NCBI GenBank assembly: GCA_039621445.1 | Contig: CP154954.1 | Coordinates: forward strand, 15,147,805-15,211,804 | DNA from: Euglena gracilis | Taxonomy: Eukaryota | Direction of reading: 5' to 3' | Length of the DNA stretch: 64,000 nt | Part shown: positions 46,351 to 56,798 of the stretch, piece by piece | How the letters are laid out: each line of letters begins with the position of its first letter | Numbering within the stretch: the first letter of the stretch is position 1 | Translations under genes and position numbers: made by a program | The notes under the pieces: generated by a model | The model's database searches: none | What the model was told of the DNA's origin: nothing | Seen by the model: only the letters and a program-made list of their open reading frames with translations

Positions 46351-48673
46351 CTCCCCTTTTTTCCCAGTCCCTTTTTCACCTTGAGTTTTCCCATCAGGTC
46401 CGCTGCCAGCTCCGCGTATCCTGGGATGTAGGAGGAGTAGTAGTTGGTGAATCCCAGGAATGCGCGGAGGGCTGTGATGGTTTTCGGGTCTTCCCACTTT
46501 TCCAGGGCCATCAGTTTTCCTGGGGCTGGTCTCCGTTGTCCTCCCCCCAAGATGTGTCCGCAGAATTCCACTTCATGCACAAAAAACTTACATTTTTTTA
46601 TGTCGGCTACGAGCAGCTGTTTCTTGAGTGCCTCCATGACTCTGCGGATGTCCTTGTCGTGCTGGAGGATTGTTGCCTCTTCCGTTCCCTGCCAAACTGT
46701 GCCTACGATGATGTCATCTACGTAGGGGTTGGCAATGTCTGCGACCTCCTCCAGGCTGTATTCAATGACCCTCTGGAAAATTGGGACTCCGTTTTTCATC
46801 CCCATCACCACTACTTTCCACTGCTTCGTTCCTCTTGGTGTACTACAGCAGGTGTAGGGTCGGGATTCCTTTCTCATGCGTACCTGATGGAAAGCATCCT
46901 TTAGGTCCAACACACTGTACATTGCTCGTTGACCCTGTTGGACCAAGATGTCTTCGATGCGGGGGAGGGGGTTTGCGTCTGTCACCGTGGCCTCGTTCAG
47001 GGCCCTGAAATACACCACCCCCCTCCACTTTCCCCCTTTCTTGGCCACCACTAACGTGGGGCTGGACCAGTCACTTCTCCCATCCTCCACCTTTTCATCC
47101 CTGACCCACTCGTCGACCATGTCCAGGAGTGCCTGTCGGCGTTCTCCGGTCATGTGGATGGGTCTTTGTTTTTTTGCCACCGTCCCAGGTTTGAGTTCTA
47201 TTTTCCCGAAACCCAGTGGACCCCGTTCAGGGGGGTTTGGGTAGATCTTGTCCCTCAACACCACTCCCTCGTAGTCTTTACGCAGCTTTGCGACCAAATC
47301 TGTCACCCTGTCTCCCTCCACAGCCTGCCCTTCAGGTACGGCTATCACCCCCTGGACCCCCTGTGGGGCTTTGCGTTTTCTGGTTACCAGATGCTGGGCC
47401 AGATTTTCCAAAACTGTTTCGTCTTCAAACAAAAATTCTTCCGTTTCACCTGCTTCTGCTGGCACCTGCAGGTTCATGGCCCGCACTTTGCTGATTTTCT
47501 TCAAAATGTTTCTGTCACCCTGTTCCCGTTCTCTTACTCCTTTCCAACTTGTCAGCAGGAGCAATGGTTCCCCTATCAGGGCCAGTGAATGTAGGTGTGG
47601 AAAAACCCCTAAGTGGTGTTGCTCCATCCAGGGATACCCCAAAATGGCATCCACCTGGATTGCCGCGTCGTGGAAGGTCCCCGTGGTTGTCCATTCCCTT
47701 GTGTTGTCTTGGTTGAAAATCTGGGCCGTGAATTTCAGTGTTAGTGTCGTTTCATGCAACCCTCCCCCATCCGTGTGCCGTCGGCAGTGACGAGGGCCAA
47801 GGGGTGGTTTGACACCGTGAAGGCTCCTGGGGGTAGGAGGTCTTTTCTGATCAGGTTGGTTTGGTTTGTTTCACCATTCGGGCAGACCGCACGAATGCCA
47901 ATCAGAAGTTGCTTGGACTTCCCCCGTTTCACCACCTGTCCCAACAGTCGTTCCGATGCTGGCCCAAGCAACCGTTTTGGCAGGTGAACGTTTTCATGGT
48001 GCCTCCGTGGGATTTTTGGCTGTGCCGCAGGCTCTTGTGTGTTTTGTTCATCTTTCCAACCAGCCAAATCTTGGATCAGTTTCTCTGGAATTCGATACTT
48101 TTTGTTTCTGGAAATACTCGTCGTGTTTGAGATTTTCACCCGGTGACCCTTCTGTCCTGGCATCAGGTTGGGACATGTTCTCCCATCACACAGCTTTCCC
48201 TGTATTTGCAGGATATCTGGGCTGCCCCAGATTCGTGTTGGCTTTTTGTGCCCCCAGTCGGAGTATTGACAATAATCCACATCAACAAATGGATATGGTT
48301 TCACGTACTCCCTGTGTCTGAGGTACCCGTGTCTGGGATTTTCCCGCCACCATTTCTGCGGTCGCAGGAATTTCACGATCTCCAGGGCCTTTTTGGCCAA
48401 TGCGTCCCCCTTCTCCAGTTGTCTTGGTCTGGTTGTGAGTGCCAGGCTGAATTCCGTACAGGGAACTCCACAGTCCACCGTGTGGAATTCCCCAGGTTTC
48501 AAAACTTTCTTGTAGTCCCACGTCAAGACATCCACCTGAAAATATGCCTGCCACTTGGGGTCCAGGTCCACTGTCACCACCTGAAACCCCATTTTTTTGT
48601 ATGCTTGGCCCACCGACTTGGTACCACAGAAAAGGTCCAGCATTTTCCGTTTCGGTTCTGCTGCACGGTCCAA
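46351..48673 (-). pseudogene. pol: C5-cytosine MTase + protease remnant + RT (copy B2, frameshift near 47765)
   Basis: ORFs 47741..48673 and 46059..47759; motifs as in B1. Confidence 0.9.
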
Positions 48674-48682
48674 AACGTTTTT

Positions 48683-49471
48683 TCACGGCAGGTCTGTTTT
48701 CCCCAGTGGCTGGTGTTCATCACCCCCCTCCTCTGTCTCCAAAGGTGGAACATGTTGCACCGTCCCGAAGTTGACCTTGGACGTTGAGTGTGGGGGGGTC
48801 ATGTGCTGGTGGAAGCCCGTCAGGTAATCACAGCGTTCCGTGTACCCACACACCAGCAGCACCTCCACTGGCCACTGTGTTTCCCTGCAACCCTTGTCGA
48901 TCCTGCCAAAAAAATTGGTTTTTGCGGGAAAAGTCATGGACATGAGGGTCAGTTTTCTGGCCTGTGGGTACCAAACTCGGTGTTTCCACTGAGGCACCAC
49001 CAAAACTGCGTGGGCCTGGTCTGTCTGAATTTTTTTGATCACCTGTGGGATTTTGTCGAACGGGGGGTTGATCCACAGGAGGCTGCCCTGCCAATTTTTT
49101 TGGAAGGCATCTGTGCCGTGTGGGCTGCCTGGTCCCCACCAACGCGGGAACCGCTTGTCCTGTTCTGTGGCGAAGGCATCCACCTGTGGTTGCAAACCGA
49201 CATGTGAGATGATCTTTTTCACAAAACTGTCCTGCACATAGTACTGGTTGGTGATCCAACGGGAGGCTGCCCGCCCAAATCTGCAGCAAGCCTCCTCCCG
49301 TGGCACCTGAGTCTTTGTGTTTTGTCTTTGTCTGTTTTGTGCTTTCTGGTCTGAACCCCTTGCTCGCTTACCTCCCTCCGTTCGCTGTTTCTGCTGCGGT
49401 AATGGCTCCTTTCTGTCCCCCTGTTCGGTTTGTTTTCTCAGAGAGTCGCCCCTCTCGTCCCCTCCCTCCAT
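48683..49471 (-). CDS. N6-adenine-type MTase-like ORF (copy B2)
   Basis: DAFAT..DAF..W..LWINPPF. Confidence 0.85.
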   Translation of the reverse strand: MEGGDERGDSLRKQTEQGDRKEPLPQQKQRTEGGKRARGSDQKAQNRQRQNTKTQVPREEACCRFGRAASRWITNQYYVQDSFVKKIISHVGLQPQVDAFATEQDKRFPRWWGPGSPHGTDAFQKNWQGSLLWINPPFDKIPQVIKKIQTDQAHAVLVVPQWKHRVWYPQARKLTLMSMTFPAKTNFFGRIDKGCRETQWPVEVLLVCGYTERCDYLTGFHQHMTPPHSTSKVNFGTVQHVPPLETEEGGDEHQPLGKTDLP

Positions 49472-49483
49472 ACCGCAGCTGCT

Positions 49484-52400
49484 TCACTTCTGCCCCTGGG
49501 CAGCAACCTGCTGTCCAGTCTGTGGTGCTGCTGTTTTCTGTGTCCACCGCGGTGGCTGTGGACACTCCCGTTTGAAATGTCCCGGCTGTTCACAGTTGTA
49601 ACACCGTCCGTCATCTGGAGGTGGCCCGTACCTGGGCTGTCCGGTTGTCCCGGAGTTCTGTGTCGACTGCCAGGACGGTTGTCCTTTTCCTGAATTTCCC
49701 TTCCCGCTCCCCTTCCCAGACCCTTTTCCCTTGCCTTGGTCAGGATGCGAACCCTGTCCCTTGCCTTTTCCTTTCCCCTTGCTGTAATCCACAGTGGTCC
49801 AGCCTGCCCAGCTTTGGCCCTGATTTTGACTCTGTCCCTGATTGTAGGGGGCTGGGGGCTGGGGTTGTGGGGCACCCGAAGGCTGCCTTTCATTTTCCGG
49901 AGTCGGTGGTCTGGGTTTTCGGGAATTGGAACGGGACCGGGCAGGTGGGGGCGTTTTGCTTCTGGGTCGAGAAGAATTGTTTTCTTTCACCTCCCGGACA
50001 TACCCCCTTTTGTCACTGGATCTTGATCGATGTTCCCGTGGCTGGTTCTGCCACCCCCCGAAATTTTTTCCGAACGTGTCAGATTGTTCCTGACATCTCA
50101 GTTCTGTTTCCACCTTTGCAAACATCTCCTCCAGGGACAGCTTTGTTTGTACCACTGTGAATCTGGGTTGGTGTCCTGAGGCCAGGGCTGTGCCGTTCTT
50201 CATCATCAGCAGCTGGGACGCCCTGCTGCCGTTCAGGCTGATGATGAAATCAGTTCCGTCGGTTGTCACGAGGAACCTTTCGTCAGCCCCAAGTGTGGCT
50301 GCCACCAGTCTTGTTACGTCTTCCCTGGTTGCGTCTGGGACCCCAGGTACGTTTGTCAGCCCCTTCAATTTCAGAGTGGGTATGTCTTGGTTACTCCTGT
50401 CTTGTTCACGAATGCAGTTTCTGCGCATCATTTCGGGCATCCGTTCAGCGACCAATGCATACGCATCGTCTGTGGAGGGGTGTTCCAACCGACTGTAGAG
50501 CAGTTTGAAGCGTGCTTCGAACTCCCTCCATGCCCCCAGAGTCAGTTTTCCATCGTACCTGGGTTTCAGGTTTTTCAGCTCCTCCTTTATTGCCAGCTGG
50601 GTGTCCCCTTCGTACTTTTGGCAGAGCCAATTCCAAAATTCCTGATACCTGATTTTTTCCCCCCGTTCTTGTCGTCGCTGGAGCTCCAGCCGGCCCGTCT
50701 CGTCTAGGCTTCCCTCCAAAATTGTTAGTTTCATGTCATCTGTGAGGGGTCCCTGTCCAGCTGACAATCGGTTCAGGTAGATGGGAAATTTCAAAGAAAA
50801 ATCTGCAAAATTTCCTTGGAGGAGCGGTCTCACCAGGTCTTTTGTCATGGCTGCACCCACTGGTCCCATCATCAGCCCAATGGAGGGGGCAGCCTGTGCT
50901 GCCACTGGGGCGACAACCGTTTCTGCCCCCACATGAAAAATGGGTGTGTATGTGCTGCCGAATTGGGGACCTGCTGTGTTTTGTGGCCCTGGGTTTTCTT
51001 CTGTCACCCATGTGAACATATCCCGCGTTCGTGGCTGTGAGATCTGGCTGGGACCTGTGTTTTCCCGTTGCTGACCCTGCTGTTGCATCATGTTTTTGAT
51101 TTCCAACAGTTCCCTCTCCAGTCGCTGCTGGTGTTCCAGCATTGGGTCTGTCGGTTTCGGTCGAGGTTGAAAAGGTTGGGCGTCGGCTGAAAGTTCAAAC
51201 ACAGGTTGGGGTTTGGGGGGTTGGGTCTTTGACACGGGGGAGTCCTGTCGGATTGAAAGTTTTTTAAATTCTTCTTGTACCGTTTGCACCATTAGGGTTT
51301 TTAGGTCAGGGAGGTCCCAACCCACACCTGGCACAGGTTCTCGGGGTCCTCGGGTCCCCTCCCGGAGCTGTCCTGGGGGTCCTCGGGTCCCCTCCCTGGG
51401 CTGTGTTAGTGGGCTTTGGGGCCCCCAGCCCCCCGTTGGGGTCACTGGCTGTGGGGCCGAGGCTGCTGGCTGTGGGGCTGGGGCCGCTGGCTGGGGTCCC
51501 CCCAACCCCATCAGTTCTGCCCAAGCCTCCGGCTGGGGCCCAGATGCCAGCCCCTGCCCCGTGATGGCTGTGGCTGGGCCTGGGCTTCGCTGCCTTGCTG
51601 CAGCAGTTGGCTGGGGTTCTTGGGTTTGCCCCTTCCCGCTTGGCGGTTCTGTTGTCCGTCTGGACAACTGCCCCACTGGCCCAGGGGCTGGGGTTTCTGG
51701 GGTTTTCCCCATCCCCTGTTGCCGCCGGTCGCTGAGAGAGCTAGAGGCTGCTGAGAAAGAATAAGATTGAGATTTTTCAAAACTTTCTTTTGTCTTTTGT
51801 GTCAGTTCAGTCAATTCATTTAATCTTTTTTCGGTGGCCTCCCATTTCGTTTGCCACAGTTGGATCTGACTGTGGAACTCGGCAGTCAGCGATCTACACT
51901 GCTGCTGCCAAATTCCAGAGTCTTGCGCTTCTTTCAGTGTTGTTCGTGTAGTGAGGTCTGTCAGCTGTGCCTCCAACCGTCCCACCTTGTTTACCATCTG
52001 TCCCAGTGTGGATGACATGTCGATCAACCTGGCCTGGTCACTGGCTTCCTGCGACCCAGTCTTGAAAACCCCCTTTTGCAATTCGCCCAGTACCCTCCTG
52101 AATGTCTGGGCCGATTCCTCCACCTTGTGTCCCAGCCCGGTCATTTCCTGGTTCAGGCGGTCAAATCTTCTTTTGTTGTCGTCGTTTGAGGCCAGGGTGT
52201 CCAGACGTCTGGTCAAAATGGCCATTTCCTGTGAAAGTTTAGTCATCCGCTGTTCCAATGTTTGATCCTGTTGTCCCTCCGACAGTTGTTCCACCCTTGC
52301 GTTCAGCCCTTTTATTGCCTTGGTAAAATGTTCTTGTGTTTGTTGAACCCTGTGGTTCAGTTCCTTCAGCGTCTCGTCACAGTTGCCTGCCAGTGTCCCT

Positions 52401-52945
52401 ACCTGGCGTTCTGTCTCTGCCTCCCGTGATTTCACCTCCCGTTGACTTTCAGCCAACCCAGCCATTGTCTGTTCGACCCGCTGCATCCGCATCTGCAATT
52501 CTTGAAGCACCTGCTCATTTTGTTTCTGCTGGCCGAGTAATCCTATGAGGTGTTGCCCCTGGGTCTGTGTGCTTCCCCCTGCCACTTGCAGCAAACCCTG
52601 GAACCAGTTAGTTTTTTCGTCCAGCAGCCCAGCCACCACCTTCAGGTCCCGAATCTGTTGTCCCAGGTTCTCAAAGTGTCCCTGGTACAGTCTGTTTTGA
52701 TTCGTCACCATCCCCTCCAAGTTTTCAGTTACCGTGGCCAGGTTTGTGGACAGCTCTTCATATCCGCCGTCTGTTCGCCACACCAACCCTTCTGTCCGTT
52801 CCCCCTGTGTAATCAGCTGCTGTTCCAAGCGTGTAAACTGTAGTTCTGTGGTGTTTTGAAGTCGTTGTATCACCTCTGTGGTTTTCTGGTTCACAAACTC
52901 AGTGGCTCGCCTGAAAGTTTGCAATTCCTGCTGGAATTCCGTCAT
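49484..52945 (-). CDS. gag: Gag, 1153 aa, uninterrupted
   Basis: Coiled-coil N-third, Pro/Gln linker, capsid-like core, GKG-rich segment, CYNCEQPGHFKREC. Confidence 0.9.
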   Translation of the reverse strand: MTEFQQELQTFRRATEFVNQKTTEVIQRLQNTTELQFTRLEQQLITQGERTEGLVWRTDGGYEELSTNLATVTENLEGMVTNQNRLYQGHFENLGQQIRDLKVVAGLLDEKTNWFQGLLQVAGGSTQTQGQHLIGLLGQQKQNEQVLQELQMRMQRVEQTMAGLAESQREVKSREAETERQVGTLAGNCDETLKELNHRVQQTQEHFTKAIKGLNARVEQLSEGQQDQTLEQRMTKLSQEMAILTRRLDTLASNDDNKRRFDRLNQEMTGLGHKVEESAQTFRRVLGELQKGVFKTGSQEASDQARLIDMSSTLGQMVNKVGRLEAQLTDLTTRTTLKEAQDSGIWQQQCRSLTAEFHSQIQLWQTKWEATEKRLNELTELTQKTKESFEKSQSYSFSAASSSLSDRRQQGMGKTPETPAPGPVGQLSRRTTEPPSGKGQTQEPQPTAAARQRSPGPATAITGQGLASGPQPEAWAELMGLGGPQPAAPAPQPAASAPQPVTPTGGWGPQSPLTQPREGTRGPPGQLREGTRGPREPVPGVGWDLPDLKTLMVQTVQEEFKKLSIRQDSPVSKTQPPKPQPVFELSADAQPFQPRPKPTDPMLEHQQRLERELLEIKNMMQQQGQQRENTGPSQISQPRTRDMFTWVTEENPGPQNTAGPQFGSTYTPIFHVGAETVVAPVAAQAAPSIGLMMGPVGAAMTKDLVRPLLQGNFADFSLKFPIYLNRLSAGQGPLTDDMKLTILEGSLDETGRLELQRRQERGEKIRYQEFWNWLCQKYEGDTQLAIKEELKNLKPRYDGKLTLGAWREFEARFKLLYSRLEHPSTDDAYALVAERMPEMMRRNCIREQDRSNQDIPTLKLKGLTNVPGVPDATREDVTRLVAATLGADERFLVTTDGTDFIISLNGSRASQLLMMKNGTALASGHQPRFTVVQTKLSLEEMFAKVETELRCQEQSDTFGKNFGGWQNQPREHRSRSSDKRGYVREVKENNSSRPRSKTPPPARSRSNSRKPRPPTPENERQPSGAPQPQPPAPYNQGQSQNQGQSWAGWTTVDYSKGKGKGKGQGSHPDQGKGKGSGKGSGKGNSGKGQPSWQSTQNSGTTGQPRYGPPPDDGRCYNCEQPGHFKRECPQPPRWTQKTAAPQTGQQVAAQGQK

Positions 52946-53703
52946 GTTCTGTACGAAACTGGACCACCAGTTTGTGTCGGCGAACCAGTCGTAATGTTCT
53001 GGTCCGCCTCAGATTCCTCCACCCCTGCACCGTTGACCTGGAAGTGGTCTTCGTTCGGGCTCTGTCTTGCCGCTTCCAGGCTCAACAGTTGGTTCTGAGT
53101 GTCTGTGCTGGGTTCTGGGTGGAATGTGAGCTGCAGTGGCTGTGTTTCCTGGTAGATGTCTCCCAGTTCGTCGTCTTCGGCGTCCGTGAACTGTGTCGTC
53201 CCTGTTTCCTCCTGAGTCCTGGGGTTCTGTTCCCCATGTTGTTCCATTTCAACCATCGCAATTGTCATCTGCGACAATTGTGCAATGTCAACGTCGCACC
53301 CCAGGGTCCTGGCCATGTCTGTGGTCGTTTCTGTGTCGTATTCCCATTGTTCAGGTTCCTGGTTCCATTGCAAGTTTTCTGGGGCGGTCATTGTGAATTC
53401 TGTCATTGTGATTCCTGTTGCTGGGGCATTGAAATGGACATCTGTCTCTGAACCAGCCGACCTAGCGACGGCTGATGAGACAGATTCCTGTGGTTCTGTG
53501 GTATTTTCCTGTTGTTCAGTCCAGCCGCCTTCGGGGGAACTGAAAATGGGCAAAAACCCTCTGCTACCATTTGTACGGGATAACCCCCTTTGCTGCTCCG
53601 CTTGTTCCAGGTCCGTGGGGTTTCCCTGTCCCCGCGTAGGATCGATTACCCTGCCCAGTTGAATTTCAATTCCCCGCGCGGCCTTTGTTAAAAATTGTTT
53701 CAT
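52942..53703 (-). CDS. Upstream acidic 253-aa ORF (copy B2)
   Basis: Nearly identical to 10026..10787. Confidence 0.55.
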   Translation of the reverse strand: MKQFLTKAARGIEIQLGRVIDPTRGQGNPTDLEQAEQQRGLSRTNGSRGFLPIFSSPEGGWTEQQENTTEPQESVSSAVARSAGSETDVHFNAPATGITMTEFTMTAPENLQWNQEPEQWEYDTETTTDMARTLGCDVDIAQLSQMTIAMVEMEQHGEQNPRTQEETGTTQFTDAEDDELGDIYQETQPLQLTFHPEPSTDTQNQLLSLEAARQSPNEDHFQVNGAGVEESEADQNITTGSPTQTGGPVSYRT

Positions 53704-54275
53704 TTTCTTGTGTTAAAAGACCTTTTTCCTTTTTGGGGTTGGTGTGGGGTGGGTCCTTGGGGGGGTCACAAATCGGGCATAAAACACCTGTAGGTCTTGC
53801 TCAAAGCAGCGAAATGCTTTCAAATTGGTGGTCGTGGTCAGTGAAGGTCTTCGGTGCCGGCGAACTGGCGCTTCTTAGGCACACCAGCAGCAACAACTCC
53901 TGCTTCAGACTTCACTTCAGATCACAGGACCAATGCTTGAACAGATAATCAACTTCCACTTCCAATGAAATCTTGACAAACTTGAATTGGCTTGAAACTT
54001 GAACCAAATAGGCCAATGGCAAATAGATAATCAGATTGAGCAAGGACAGAGTAGTGACAGAGCCCTGTGGAACATGTTGTAAAATCGTGGTTAAAATCTG
54101 GTCAGAGGTTAAAATTCAGTTAGGAGGGGATTATCCTAATTGTTTCACCATTGAAACTGTAGGCCCCTGGTTGGGTCAAGTCCCCTGGTTAGTTCTGTGG
54201 GCGCCTGGGTTAGCTTTTAAGGTTAGCGCCTGAGGTTAGCTAACTTACCCGGGCACTCAGCACCCCTGACTCACA
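53557..54275 (-). repeat. 5' LTR (54275-53572) and PBS (53569-53557) of B2
   Basis: TG..CA followed by TGGTAGCAGAGGG. Confidence 0.75.
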
Positions 54276-56629
54276 ACCGGTGGGTGGGGACGAGGAACTC
54301 CCCCAGGAAGGCGAGAACGTGAAGGATATCCTCTACGCTGCTCTACCTGCACCGGCACAGCCTCGGCCAGACGAAGCACCCACTGAGGATATACCTGTGA
54401 CTGCAACGCCTGTCCCGACGGCTGAGCCTCAACCCGAGGTGACTGGTATGGTCGTCGAGGATATCCTCGAAGAACCTACCAGCCCCGCAGCACGCACCTC
54501 ATTAGGAGGCCGCGTGCTCGGCGCCGTAGTCACCGGCATTACTGCCGTGGCTGCTGCACTAACGCCACGAGGTGGATGCGTAGCATCAAGCTCCGCCGCT
54601 GAGGTCGTGGAGATGCCGGATGTCGGCGTCCCTGCACCCCCATCTCCGGCAGAAGTGCAACCACCGTTAGGGGATGAACCCCTGCCGACAGAGACATCTG
54701 TCGCACCGGCTACAACGGAGGTTCAACCTCCCGTAGCACCTGCGCCAGCGGTTGTGGAGGATCAACCTCCTCGACCGGATGTCGAAATGGAAGTGAAGGA
54801 GATACCCCCACGACCACCGACACCGCGCAGGATCCCTGCCGTCCCGAGGACAATGGCAGAGTTTATGGGAGTGTCAGCGCCTGTGGAAGCACCGATTCCG
54901 GTGACGACCACAGCACCACGCCCCGTCGGGCAGGATGACCCTGCTCGGCGCAGGGCGGCTGAACAACCCCAGGAACGAGTGCCGACCCCTCGGAGCGTCA
55001 TGCGCGATCCAGCGGTCATTATGCCTGCTTCGCCCAGACGGCAAACGTCTGCTCCGGCACCATCGGCTCCTGATACCAGGAGTAAGCTACAGGCGTCGCC
55101 TCCTGATTCCGGGAGAGCGAAGCCGAAAGGAGGCAAACCGGGTGCTGTACCCTGTAAGCCCCCTGCCAAAGGCAGTGATGGGAAACCACCACCGAAAGGT
55201 AGCGCTGGAGGTCAGACTGGCGGACAGTCGAAAGGCCCTACGACAATGCACGACTATTCGGCCGTTACATCGTCCGGGTACGGCAAGAGCTAACCGAAAG
55301 GTAAGGCTCATGGTCGACAGGCCCAATCTTCCGCCGGATCGACGGATGAGGAGCAGGATGAACCTTCTTCACCTCCCGTGTCTGCGGATGCCCAGCTCTG
55401 GACTCAGGATATCCAGACCAGACTAGGCACCGTGGAAGAGAGGACGAAGAAACTGGCTGCTATTAGGCACCAGAAAGGGTCACATAATCGATGGATTCAG
55501 CCCCTCTTCGTCCGAGGAGAACCTTTCCACTATGTCCCGGAACATACCTGGACATTCTGGAACAGGCGCTCACCCAGAGTACTGGCACAGTACTTTGGCG
55601 AGGATTGTGTGTTAGATTTCCAGCACGGCACGTCCTTTACCTGGACGTGCACCGTGTGCCACCATCTGCGGCACTACCAACCGCTTGTGTATGTGTGCAA
55701 GCGGCAGGTGCAATCCACGACGTTCCATCACAGGGCATATGTGCCGAACTGTGTGCCGCTCGTATGCGGCGAGTGCCTGAACGCCTGGAAGCACAGCTTG
55801 AACTACTCCTACAGTGAGAATGCTCACGACAGGGATATCCCTGCCTTGTGCATCAACTGTACAGGGGCCAAGTTCGTGCAGACTGCTGATGGAGCAGTCA
55901 CCACCATTGTCCCCCAGCACTTGGAGACACTGGAGAAGTGGAAGAAGGAGTACAAGCAGGTGGAAGGCCGCCTGAACCACTCCGACTTCCGAAAGGTAGA
56001 AAGCTACCGCCACACGGGAATGGCCCGTGAGTTCCAGATCGACGCTGGGGCAATGCGCCTCGCCGTCGAGGAACACGCCAAGGTAAGAATGCCTTACCTT
56101 TGGACCGATGGCGACTGGGAGACACAGGTTTACCCCCTGTTCTCCAAGCGTCAGCACGGCGGATACGCCTTGCCACTGTGGCCTCCTGAAGAACACGATT
56201 TTAGTGGACTTCAGAGGTTGGTTGGCGGCTGTATTACGGCCCCATACTGCAAGAGCTCGGACAGCGAAGTGGATGTATGACATCAACTTCAAGCAGACCC
56301 CGGGAATGGCCCCGCAGGTGTCTGCGAATCACCCCCGGATGAATTACATCATCTGGCCGGTGATGCTGCCCAGAATTTTCTGGGAACAGCTCCAACGGTA
56401 CCTTCAGCACATTGCTGACCGTACCAGGGAGAAGCTGCCGGACAGTTGGATCAATGACTTGGAGACCCCATCCTTTGATGTCAAAGATCCGGAGCACAAC
56501 ACCATCCGGAGCGAATAACCTCCGCAGCGTTCCCCACGCCAACTGGAGTTGGTTGAGGACCCATTAGGGAACCCTCAACACGACTATTGGCGTGAGGTGC
56601 GCGAACGCCCACCCGATAAAGGCAGGTGA
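54276..56629 (+). pseudogene. Accessory ORF Z, copy A4 right part (stops at 55291 and 56516, frameshift near 56200)
   Basis: ORFs 54280..55293, 55378..56280 and 56108..56518 match the other Z copies. Confidence 0.7.
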
Positions 56630-56634
56630 GGTGG

Positions 56635-56798
56635 CTGTAAGCGCCAATGCGGCGTCTTTCAGAAACCTCGTCAGGTATTTGCCTGACACCCTGTTCGGGT
56701 ATTTGCCCGAACACCCCTTCGAAGACCCTTTGCGGTATTCGCCGCTAGTAAGTTCCCAACGGGATGCTGCCATGTGCAGGATTCCGTGCGCATGCACA
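56635..56798 (+). repeat. Candidate start of the family A 3' LTR or 3' UTR with three hairpins; only copy not cut by the tandem junction
   Basis: TGTAAG follows the ORF Z stop and a weakly purine-rich tract; right end uncertain. Confidence 0.35.

Larger units (their letters stand above)
46351..54275 (-). mobile_element. Family B element, copy B2 (dual MTase, 3'-truncated)
   Basis: Collinear with 3433-11359, same breakpoints. Confidence 0.92.
42814..54740 (+). repeat. Near-identical duplicate of 1-11821
   Basis: Same A/B junctions and shared lesions; offset about 42813 at the start and 42916 at the end. Confidence 0.95.
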
